Below are positions 1 through 8,002 of a stretch of 64,000 nt of DNA, one piece after another. Positions within the stretch are counted from its first letter, which is position 1, and every line of letters begins with the position of its first letter. The stretch is taken from positions 1,129 to 65,128 of the forward strand of contig JBHGUT010000034.1 in NCBI GenBank assembly GCA_048976825.1, given 5' to 3'. This stretch comes from Paenisporosarcina sp. (GTDB lineage: Bacteria; Bacillota; Bacilli; Bacillales_A; Planococcaceae). The position numbers and the translations under genes are program-made. The notes beneath the pieces are model-generated. The model saw only the letters and a list, made by a program, of their open reading frames with translations. It was not told the origin of the DNA and ran no database searches.

Positions 1-613
1 CTTCTGATTTCTCAATATATTTAGGGAGTTTTAACAATTGATAAGTATTTACTGCTAAAAGTGGGAACAATAATAGTGCCACCCAACTATCGATATTGTT
101 TTCTCTGACCATTAAAACAGGTAACCATTCAAGAGTCGTCACAACAATCATAAAGAATAAGGCAGAAATAAACGCTTGTTTGTTCGTCCATTTTGCTTTT
201 ACATAAGCTACTACTAACCCTGCAAATAGAAGAATTACAAGCAGACCTAAATAAAACATAAGTTGATTTGTGGTTTCAGCACTTGGCATGAATCGAAATA
301 CCACTAAGTCTAAAATGACTATAGCGATTATTAATAATTGTACCCAGTTCCACAATTTTAATGATTTGAAAATGTTAACACCAAATTGATGAACGGTTAA
401 ATATGCAAAAAAGCCCATCTGACTCACGACACTCATTGTAAAGCCAACAATAACCATCCAAAAGAACGCAGCTGTGAATTCTCCATAATCACCACTTACT
501 ATATATGGTGCAAATGCATCTTCCCAGCGAATAAGTAATCCAAGAACGCCAGTAGTAAGTCCACCGATCATGAGCGCCTTGAAGAAAAATGTAAACCAAT
601 TTCGTATCGTCAC
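1..613 (-). CDS. kbaA: KinB signalling pathway activation protein KbaA (3' end runs off window)
   Basis: Manual translation from GTG at 613: MTIRNWFTFFFKALMIGGLTTGVLG...QLLKLPKYIEKSE; hydrophobic; divergent from gerD as in Bacillus. Confidence 0.85.
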   Translation of the reverse strand, partial: MTIRNWFTFFFKALMIGGLTTGVLGLLIRWEDAFAPYIVSGDYGEFTAAFFWMVIVGFTMSVVSQMGFFAYLTVHQFGVNIFKSLKLWNWVQLLIIAIVILDLVVFRFMPSAETTNQLMFYLGLLVILLFAGLVVAYVKAKWTNKQAFISALFFMIVVTTLEWLPVLMVRENNIDSWVALLLFPLLAVNTYQLLKLPKYIEKSE

Positions 614-761
614 AGCAATAAGTCCTCCGTTTTTCTCAAGTTCCTTCTATGATTGTATCAACGAATACATAAAAAATCTATTTTACATCAGGACTTCTAC
701 ATAATCTAAAGGAATTTGTGAACAATAATTGAAAAGATGCTTGTGAGAAAAGAGGGATAGT

Positions 762-1367
762 ATGCGGAAATGGTCAATTCTTTTGATTTTATTGGTATTA
801 GCATTAGCTAGTTGTAACCAAGCACAACAATCTAATCCTTCATATGAAGAAACGAAGAAAATGATGACGGATACATTACAAACAGAAGAAGGAAAGAAAG
901 TAATGCGACAAATGTTATCTGATCCAGAATTTCGTGAGTTATTAGTTTTGGATCAAGAAGAAGTAAAGAAGTCAATTGAAGGAACTCTTCTTACAGATGA
1001 TGCGAAGAAATTTTGGAAAGAAACATTTAAAGACCCAGCTTTTTCAGAAACATTCGCAAAAAGCTTGAAGGAACAACAACAAGAAATTATGACTCAGTTA
1101 ATGAAAGATCCATCTTTCCAAAAAGAAATGGAAACGTTTTTTGGACAACCTGATATGCAAAAGCAATTAGAAACGATTTTACAAGGTCAATCGATGCGGA
1201 AGGAAATTGAAAAAATTGTACAAGAAACCATTGATAGTCCACTTCTAAAACCGAAATGGCAAGAGCTTATTAAATCTGCTGGAATGACTCAAGAGGGTGG
1301 AGAAAAATCCGGTGGTGGTGGCGGTGGTTCCAAGAGCTCTGGTGGGAAAGAAGAATCTAAACCATAA
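762..1367 (+). CDS. gerD: Spore germination lipoprotein GerD
   Basis: Lipobox LASC, motif YEETKKMMTDTLQTEEGKK, Gly/Ser tail, position between kbaA and mrp. Confidence 0.9.
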   Translation: MRKWSILLILLVLALASCNQAQQSNPSYEETKKMMTDTLQTEEGKKVMRQMLSDPEFRELLVLDQEEVKKSIEGTLLTDDAKKFWKETFKDPAFSETFAKSLKEQQQEIMTQLMKDPSFQKEMETFFGQPDMQKQLETILQGQSMRKEIEKIVQETIDSPLLKPKWQELIKSAGMTQEGGEKSGGGGGGSKSSGGKEESKP

Positions 1368-1370
1368 TTG

Positions 1371-1404
1371 AAAAAAACCCCACTTGCAGCTGCGAGTGGG
1401 GTTT
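1371..1404. terminator. Intrinsic terminator between convergent gerD and mrp
   Basis: AAACCCCACTTGC...GCGAGTGGGGTTT inverted repeat with A-tract on the left. Confidence 0.8.
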
Positions 1405-1408
1405 AAGC

Positions 1409-2467
1409 TTATTTTGTTAGTTTATTGATAATTTTTGTTGCAATGTCCATATAAAGTTTTCCTGTCGGATGGTCTACAGCATATACCGAAGGAGCAAAGT
1501 CTTCTTCGTTCCAATCGGGTTGCCCTAGTGGAATTTGACCAAGTAGTTCAGTACGGAGCTCTTCAGCTAGCTTCGGACCTCCACCTTTTCCAAACACATA
1601 TTCTTTGTCACCAGTATTTTTCGATTCAAACCAAGCCATGTTTTCGATTACACCTAACACTTCATGATCTGTTTGAAGTGCCATTGCACCTGCACGAGCA
1701 GCTACAAATGCTGCAGTTGGATGAGGTGTTGTAACCACGATTTCTTTAGACGCAGGTATCATTTGATGGATATCGAGCGCAACATCACCCGTTCCTGGCG
1801 GTAAATCAAGAAGAAGGTAATCTAAATCACCCCACTCCACGTCTTTGAAGAATTGATCTAGGACTTTACCTAGCATCGGACCGCGCCAAACTACTGGTGC
1901 ATTGTCTTCAACAAAGAAGCCCATCGAAATAACTTTTACGCCAAAACGTTCAACAGGAATGATGCTAGCTCCACGTATCACTGGACTTTCCTTAATGCCC
2001 ATCATATCAGGGACACTAAACCCATAAATGTCTGCATCCACTAAGCCCACTTTTTTTCCTAGACGGGCTAAGGCAATTGCTAAGTTAACAGAAACGGTTG
2101 ATTTACCAACTCCACCTTTTCCAGACGCTATGGAGATAAACTCTACTTTATTTAATGGGGACAATAAATCTTGTGCTTCAGATTCAGTTGCGGTACCTCG
2201 GAACTGAACAAGAACTTCTTGTGGCAACTCCTCAAAACGAATACCAACTGTTCCAAATCCCGCTTCCTTCAACACGTCTACAACTTTCATTTGTAATTGC
2301 ATCTGTTCAGCTGTGTTCGTTTTAGCTATTGCAAGTTTGACACTTACATGGTTTTTTTCTTCTTTAATAGATACTTCTTTTAGACCGTCGGTTTCAAGTA
2401 AGGTTTTATGTAAAAAAGGGTCTTGTAATTGCCCGATTAGTTCACGTACTTTTTGTTCCTTCATCAA
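1409..2467 (-). CDS. mrp: Mrp/NBP35 family ATP-binding protein (SalA/ApbC)
   Basis: SGKGGVGKST Walker A, DADIYG, WRGPML, DLPPGTGD motifs. Confidence 0.95.
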   Translation of the reverse strand: MMKEQKVRELIGQLQDPFLHKTLLETDGLKEVSIKEEKNHVSVKLAIAKTNTAEQMQLQMKVVDVLKEAGFGTVGIRFEELPQEVLVQFRGTATESEAQDLLSPLNKVEFISIASGKGGVGKSTVSVNLAIALARLGKKVGLVDADIYGFSVPDMMGIKESPVIRGASIIPVERFGVKVISMGFFVEDNAPVVWRGPMLGKVLDQFFKDVEWGDLDYLLLDLPPGTGDVALDIHQMIPASKEIVVTTPHPTAAFVAARAGAMALQTDHEVLGVIENMAWFESKNTGDKEYVFGKGGGPKLAEELRTELLGQIPLGQPDWNEEDFAPSVYAVDHPTGKLYMDIATKIINKLTK

Positions 2468-2650
2468 ATTTAGACACTCCTTCTATGTACATTTCGTCCT
2501 ATAGTATATCATATCTAATTTTGGTAGGTGAGATTGTAGGATTTCATTTTCGTTTGGAGTGATTAAACAAAATAGAATTCGGGCGTTACTAATTTTTTCT
2601 TCTTTACTCGCAAAATCACTTTAATGATTCAACTAGGTAATACCAAACTT

Positions 2651-3364
2651 TTATTGCACAGAACTGTCTACATAATTTTCAATCCCGTCAGCAATCGCCC
2701 TTGCCATTTTTCTTTGATAATCTTTTGTTCTCAACAATTTCAATTCTTCTGGATTACTTAAAAAGCCAGTCTCTACTAAAACTGCTGGTACTGTAGCTTT
2801 TTTCAATAAATACATTTGTTTAATGGAAAGAGCTTCCCGATCCGTATTCCCAATTTGTTCACGAATGGATGCTTGAATAGCTTTCGCAACTGCTGCTCCT
2901 TCGACATGGCCATTCTGATGATAGAAGACTTGCGCACCACGCCACCTTGCTTCCGGTACAGCATTCACATGCACGCTAATAAATAAATCGGCATCCGTAT
3001 TGACAATCATTTCTTCACGAAGCTTTAAATCAGCCACTTTTCTAGCTCGAATCGTTGGAAAATTCGCTTTCGGATTATGTTCTTCTAAAGCATCTCCACT
3101 TTGAGAGCGCGTCATGACGACAGTTGCTCCTTGCTTTTTCAACTCTTTTTCTAGTGCTTTAGCAAGCTCCAATGTAATATCTTTTTCGATAACATCTCCA
3201 ACCGACGCACCACCATCTATTCCACCATGACCAGGGTCAACTACAACCTTTATTCCACCTAGAGGTTCTGGTAAAAAGAATTTACGATCCGAAGCTTGTG
3301 TTTCATAAATCACTACCGTTATAGAGACCAATAATAAAAGACCTATTGCTATCCAGCGTTTCAA
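2651..3364 (-). CDS. cwlD: Germination-specific N-acetylmuramoyl-L-alanine amidase CwlD
   Basis: DPGHGG..DGGA, SVHVNA, VETGFLSN motifs; likely TTG start at 3364 after AAGGTGG; synteny. Confidence 0.9.
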   Translation of the reverse strand: MKRWIAIGLLLLVSITVVIYETQASDRKFFLPEPLGGIKVVVDPGHGGIDGGASVGDVIEKDITLELAKALEKELKKQGATVVMTRSQSGDALEEHNPKANFPTIRARKVADLKLREEMIVNTDADLFISVHVNAVPEARWRGAQVFYHQNGHVEGAAVAKAIQASIREQIGNTDREALSIKQMYLLKKATVPAVLVETGFLSNPEELKLLRTKDYQRKMARAIADGIENYVDSSVQ

Positions 3365-3390
3365 CGCGTACGACACCACCTTTTACACTC

Positions 3391-3419
3391 ACTATACGTA
3401 TGTCCTATACGAACTATGA
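3391..3419 (-). promoter_or_regulatory. Putative sigma-E promoter of cwlD
   Basis: TCATAGT-N14-CGTATAGT, resembles sigma-E consensus; cwlD is sigma-E/G controlled in B. subtilis. Confidence 0.5.
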
Positions 3420-3473
3420 GGAAAAACAATGTGTCCTTATTAAATAATAGTTCTTTTAATTTTAAAGATTTTT

Positions 3474-4190
3474 TTATTGAGAAGAATGTAAATTGTCATC
3501 TCTCAAGTCCATGTAGACGGATCCATCTGAATCTATTTCAGCATAAAAAACTTGTTCTACTGAATTAACACCATGTTTCTTCAACTGTTTGTTTACCCAT
3601 TCTTCAGTTATGTTTAGGCCCGGTATATCACTCTTCACAATTTTTCCATCTTCAATAATTGTGCTAGGCATATACTTAGGGTCACTCGTTGGAGCTTTCA
3701 CATCTTGTTTGGTTGCTGATTGTTGAGCTACTTTTTTGAAGACACTGAGTTCACCATTTGTTTCTAATACTGCAAAATGCACATCTTTTACTGAGAAAAT
3801 CCCCTGTATTCTTAGCAACATGGTTAAATCACATACAGGAAGTCGAGCTTTCTTGAGTGCTTTTTCTAATATTTTCCCTTCTTTTATGACAATCAAAGGT
3901 TTATCGTCTAAAAATTCATTCGCTTTGCTTGATTTCAACGTAATGAAACTTACAAGTAAAGTAAGACCACCCCACCATATTAATGATGTGATGGCATTCA
4001 TGAAATGAGTGTCATCATGTGCCACAATTTCCCCTGCTATTGAACCGATCGTTATCCCAGTAATGTAATTAAAAAAGGTAAGTTGACTTAACTGTATCTT
4101 TCCCATAATTCGGGCTAATAAAAGCAATACCGAGAATGTAACCGTTGTTCTTACAATCATTTCCCAGAAGCTATAGTTGTCTAAATTCAT
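3474..4190 (-). CDS. DUF421 (YetF/YdfS-like) spore membrane protein
   Basis: RIMGK.QLSQLTFFNYITGITIGSIA, AVLETNGELSV motifs. Confidence 0.9.
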   Translation of the reverse strand: MNLDNYSFWEMIVRTTVTFSVLLLLARIMGKIQLSQLTFFNYITGITIGSIAGEIVAHDDTHFMNAITSLIWWGGLTLLVSFITLKSSKANEFLDDKPLIVIKEGKILEKALKKARLPVCDLTMLLRIQGIFSVKDVHFAVLETNGELSVFKKVAQQSATKQDVKAPTSDPKYMPSTIIEDGKIVKSDIPGLNITEEWVNKQLKKHGVNSVEQVFYAEIDSDGSVYMDLRDDNLHSSQ

Positions 4191-4229
4191 TTTTATGGTC
4201 CCTTCTTTCGTTCACTTAAACGCTAAGAA

Positions 4230-4259
4230 TATTCTTTCCTTACCAGGTGATACTTATTC
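4230..4259 (-). promoter_or_regulatory. Putative sigma-F (or sigma-G) forespore promoter of DUF421 gene
   Basis: GAATA-N15-GGAAAGAATA, close to sigma-F consensus GYATA-N15-GGnrAnAnTw. Confidence 0.6.
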
Positions 4260-4452
4260 CAAAAACTCAATTCCCTTTCTTAAACAATTCCTATTAAATT
4301 TTCGAGCCCCTACTCTAAACCATTTTAATCAACTTACATACCATAGTACCAAGGGGCATCTATGGCAGATTTCCGGGAAAAATTAACGTTGTTTTTTTTT
4401 CGCAAGAAGTAAACGCATAATAAAAACGGATGCGAGGCAAAACACCTTATAT

Positions 4453-4493
4453 AAAAAAAAGTCCCTTCCTCAAATAATGATGAAGGGGCTTTT
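4453..4493 (-). terminator. Intrinsic terminator downstream of YitT-family gene
   Basis: AAAAGTCCCTTC...GAAGGGGCTTTT inverted repeat with A-tract. Confidence 0.7.
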
Positions 4494-4529
4494 AAAGTTT
4501 TATACACAAAGAGAAGAAACGTTAACTAT

Positions 4530-5147
4530 TCAAACACCAAAGGAAATTGCTGGAGTTTTAGCTTCTTTCTTTCTGACTGATAACAAACTGGTCGTAGTCC
4601 CGACACAAATTACCGTCAAACCCGATAAGAAAATCGAACTTTCGGATATTATCAAGCTACCCGTGAAAACGATAAAGATATCGATTATAAAAATAATGAT
4701 TCCGGGATTTATATGTGTATGATTAGCGATCATTTGTCCTAAAAGATCAGTCCCCCCAATACTTGTATCAGAACGAAGCATGATACCAATTCCAGAACCA
4801 ACTAATATTCCACCTAAGATTGCACTAATCATCGGATTTTGGTTGAACGAATCCCCAAGATTGCGTAATTGTTGAAATGAAAGATCAATGATAAACGAAG
4901 ATAAAAGCATTGCATGTAAACTATTATAGAAAAAAGATCGTTTGTAAAACCAAGCAAAGATAAAGACGGGAATACTTAAAATTATTGCGACCAGTCCAAC
5001 TTGAACACCCAATAAGTAGTGAAGAATCAAACCTATACCAAATGTGCCTCCATCTAATAAATGATTGTGAATCAAAAAAACATTCACTCCGAATGCCATG
5101 AAAAGACTCCCACTAATAATTGACATTGTTTTTTGAATAAAAGGCAC
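4530..5147 (-). CDS. YitT family membrane protein (short form, no C-terminal DUF2179)
   Basis: LLDGG.FGIG, AILGG.LVG.GIG, SIGGTD motifs; hydrophobic. Confidence 0.85.
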   Translation of the reverse strand: MPFIQKTMSIISGSLFMAFGVNVFLIHNHLLDGGTFGIGLILHYLLGVQVGLVAIILSIPVFIFAWFYKRSFFYNSLHAMLLSSFIIDLSFQQLRNLGDSFNQNPMISAILGGILVGSGIGIMLRSDTSIGGTDLLGQMIANHTHINPGIIIFIIDIFIVFTGSLIISESSIFLSGLTVICVGTTTSLLSVRKKEAKTPAISFGV

Positions 5148-5488
5148 TGCATTCCCACCCTAATAGATTGATGTACTGGATAACTGCTTCATATGTGATG
5201 ATGGCAAAGTTTTTAATTTTAATCATATCGTCCGGTCTTTCATCCCATAAAATGGACACAAGTTGAATGTCCAAAGCTTCGTATGCCTGATACACATCCT
5301 ATGCCGAGTTCCTCTATAACATTCAACGCTTGTTCAATATTGTTCCAAGAGAAAAACCTTAATCTATTATTTCCTGGGGAATTATAGTGTTCGATGCTAT
5401 GAACATTAGATTCACGATGATTATTAATAAATATAAAAACTCTATTCCCATCTAGGAAACAGAGCTTCTTCAACATGATTATCGAGTT

Positions 5489-6193
5489 TCATTTTAATTT
5501 CTTACTCGCTTGCAGAATTTTGGATTCCCCCGTCTTCTCCCACTCTTCAACGGTTTCATATGCATCTTTTGGTGAGTACCCTTTACCTACCAGAACACCC
5601 ATCAGGATAAATTCTTGAAAAATGTGTGTTAAATCGATGCCTCTCTCCACATCTTCTTGTGCCTCTTCTACTAAGTACTCTGTGTAGGTGATCCACTCAT
5701 CTGGTGTTCTCTGGATTGACGGTCCACTTTCAGTCTGTACACTCGTCTGATACTTCGTAAAGAGATAATTGTATTTTGTCGCGTGTTTCAGCTCATCCGT
5801 TAAGATATCAAAAACGGCATCTCGATAAAACCCATCTGGAAGACCTTTTAATATTTCTCGATATTTTTCAACTGCTCTTAATTCGACAAAGAGTGCCTGT
5901 TGTATACCTTCCACATAAGAATTAGGTTTTTTAATTTCTCCATTACCGTTCATTACTTCCTTACCAGTGAAGTCTTTATAAATCATCTTAAACATACTGT
6001 TATGTTTAATTTCATCATCACGAATAGATTCTATGATGTCTTTATCTTCCTGTGTCGGCGCAACGGATATTAAGTAATCATAAAAAAGCCGATCTTCCCT
6101 CTCTCCCTGAACTGCTTCAGCAATTAATGTTAACGACTTTTGAAGCGTTTGTGGATTATAACCTTTTTGCATATTACTACCTAGGTAAGTCAA
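5489..6193 (-). CDS. Ferritin-like/rubrerythrin-fold protein (YhjR-like) with extra C-terminal domain
   Basis: AVQGERED..FYDYL, DDEIKH, DELKHA ExxH motifs; TTG start after AGGAGG. Confidence 0.8.
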   Translation of the reverse strand: MTYLGSNMQKGYNPQTLQKSLTLIAEAVQGEREDRLFYDYLISVAPTQEDKDIIESIRDDEIKHNSMFKMIYKDFTGKEVMNGNGEIKKPNSYVEGIQQALFVELRAVEKYREILKGLPDGFYRDAVFDILTDELKHATKYNYLFTKYQTSVQTESGPSIQRTPDEWITYTEYLVEEAQEDVERGIDLTHIFQEFILMGVLVGKGYSPKDAYETVEEWEKTGESKILQASKKLK

Positions 6194-6221
6194 GCTCTTC
6201 CTCCTAATATTTTTTCTTTAG

Positions 6222-6249
6222 TATCCTATGCCAGGAATCAAATAATGGT
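6222..6249 (-). promoter_or_regulatory. Putative sigma-K promoter
   Basis: AC-N17-CATAGGATA upstream of the ferritin-like gene. Confidence 0.4.
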
Positions 6250-6332
6250 TTACAAGTATTCAAAATGGAAGTTTCATGAATTGAATCAGATAAAACCTCT
6301 CACACGCAAATGGGAAAGGAATAAGGAATTCA

Positions 6333-7072
6333 CTAAAACCTGTAGGGAAATTGCATGACGATTGCGCTGCTAATGGCATCCGACATCTCTAAAGCTTGCT
6401 TTTCGATTTCATCAAACAGAGCAATACTTGATTGATATTCCCCGCTTATCATCGATACCGCTTCCTGCTTCGTTAATTCTAAATGTGTATAAAACATTTT
6501 CCTTAGATCTTCTATTGGTAAATAAGGATTGATACTACTTAAAAATAAAACGATATCATCACCATTCGCATACCACTTTTTCTCTATTTTTTCTCTATAT
6601 CCGCCACTTCTACTGAATTGCCAGCAATGGCTGCTTTTACTAGATCTGCAGCAATGACTAAGTGTTCCTTTATTAAGCTGCTAAATTGACGGGCCAATTG
6701 TTCTCCATAGTAGGGCTTAAGTAAATTTCCCATATCTGTTGCATTTTGAAGAAGTCGAGTAAGAACAAAATTCACATCGGGTAATTTAAAAGTTAAACTA
6801 ATAATCGCCATTCTAGTCCAATTTACGTGTTGCTCCCAAATCAATCGCCAATTATTTTTTAATTCATGTTCTGCCCTGATAATACAATGCTTAGTTCCAC
6901 CTACAGTTGGTATGTTTAGCAGTTGCCCAACATACAACCCATACCACTGTATCCCTGGATTGGCTTTCAAAATTGAATCTACAGAGGTATGAAATCTTTT
7001 GGCTAATAATTCAACACGATCCCAAGGTTGAATAACGTGTTGATATACATTTTCAGAATAAGGTTGCAGCAT
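6333..7072 (-). pseudogene. LysM-domain protein with helical C-terminal domain, frameshifted by an 11-bp duplication
   Basis: N-terminal LysM-like segment (HVIQPWD..ELLAKRFHTSVDSILKANPGI), LIWEQHVNWTR motif; reading frame resumes (WYANGDDI...MQFPYRF*) after removing one repeat unit, giving 242 aa. Confidence 0.85.
6577..6598. repeat. Exact 11-bp tandem duplication (TTTTTCTCTAT x2)
   Basis: Read directly at 6577-6587 and 6588-6598. Confidence 0.95.
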
Positions 7073-7221
7073 ATTCCTTCCCCTCCCTATTTCTTTTTTG
7101 GACATTAGTCAATGATTTACTATATTCAACGCCTGTTCATCGGGTGTATATATTTGTTAAATCTTGTTAGACACATACAAATGTTAACTTGATTGATAGG
7201 CAGGAAATCAGTATCAAGACG

Positions 7222-7257
7222 AAAAAAACCCTCTCCCAGGATAGGGAAAGGGTTTTT
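7222..7257 (-). terminator. Intrinsic terminator following displaced rpsI 3' fragment (probable original rpsI terminator)
   Basis: AAAAACCCT.TCCC...GGGA.AGGGTTTTT hairpin with A-tract. Confidence 0.75.
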
Positions 7258-7269
7258 GAAAATCCGAAG

Positions 7270-7333
7270 ATTAACGTTTTGAGAACTGAGGTGCACGACA
7301 AGCGCCTTTAAGACCGTATTTTTTACGTTCTTT
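7270..7333 (-). repeat. att site: duplicate of rpsI 3' end (distal island boundary)
   Basis: 59/64 identity to 15733-15796; minus strand translates [20 protein letters not shown]. Confidence 0.95.
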
Positions 7334-7541
7334 TATCTATGAATATAAACAATATATATGGAAGAGCGATTACCGATAAAGGCCATGGAAGATGAAACTT
7401 ATTTATTTTTAATGCCTCCCCAGGAAGAAAAAATTTCCAATATGCCATATATGTACCATATTATACTATCTTATAAGAACCGGGGATTATATTAATGAAA
7501 TAATTAAGGAAATTTTCAGGAATGACCGAAAATTAACATAT

Positions 7542-7570
7542 CCCCCGCTTTTCCAGTCTGGCTGCGGGGG
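7542..7570. terminator. GC-rich hairpin downstream of gvpU
   Basis: CCCCCGC...GCGGGGG stem; U-tract weak on the minus strand. Confidence 0.45.
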
Positions 7571-7595
7571 GTTCTTGCCACTATTTTCTCAATAT

Positions 7596-8000
7596 CTATT
7601 CCTCCTGATTGCTTCCATCCAATATTCGCCCTAAAAAGAAACCATCAATCTCGCTTAATTTGCCTCGCCATAGGATTTGCCCTTTGGAAGGGGTTGGCTT
7701 GCTGTCGCCGCAATATACCTTGGTGTCTTTCATATGGAGAAAATTCGCCCCGTTGTCATCGCAGCTGCCGGCAGCTTCCCCAGCCTGTTCCAGCTGTTCA
7801 CTCAGCATCTGGGCAATATCATTCCCATCCTCGAAAGTCCCGCTAAGGGTGCTGAAGTATTCCTTTGCCGAGACCATCGTACCGCTAATGACAGCTCCAT
7901 TAACATTCAACGTTATATCCAGATTGAAGTCATGCTTATTCGCTGCTTGCACCAAAAACTCCAGAATATTGTCCTTTGCCGGTCCAGAACCATTGCTCAT
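7596..8000 (-). CDS. gvpU: Gas vesicle accessory protein GvpU
   Basis: KDNILEFLV..LDITLNVNGAVISGTMVSAKEYF, LWRGKLSEIDGFFLG; last gene of cluster. Confidence 0.9.
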   Translation of the reverse strand: MSNGSGPAKDNILEFLVQAANKHDFNLDITLNVNGAVISGTMVSAKEYFSTLSGTFEDGNDIAQMLSEQLEQAGEAAGSCDDNGANFLHMKDTKVYCGDSKPTPSKGQILWRGKLSEIDGFFLGRILDGSNQEE

Positions 8001-8002
8001 AT

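Noticed and set aside
4383-4390. TTAACGTT as a third rpsI att copy marking an older island
   Set aside because: Only about 8-9 bp match, expected by chance in AT-rich DNA.
5113-5476. Two short minus-strand ORFs (78 and 60 aa) as genes or a split gene
   Set aside because: No convincing RBS or recognisable motif; one overlaps the YitT start.
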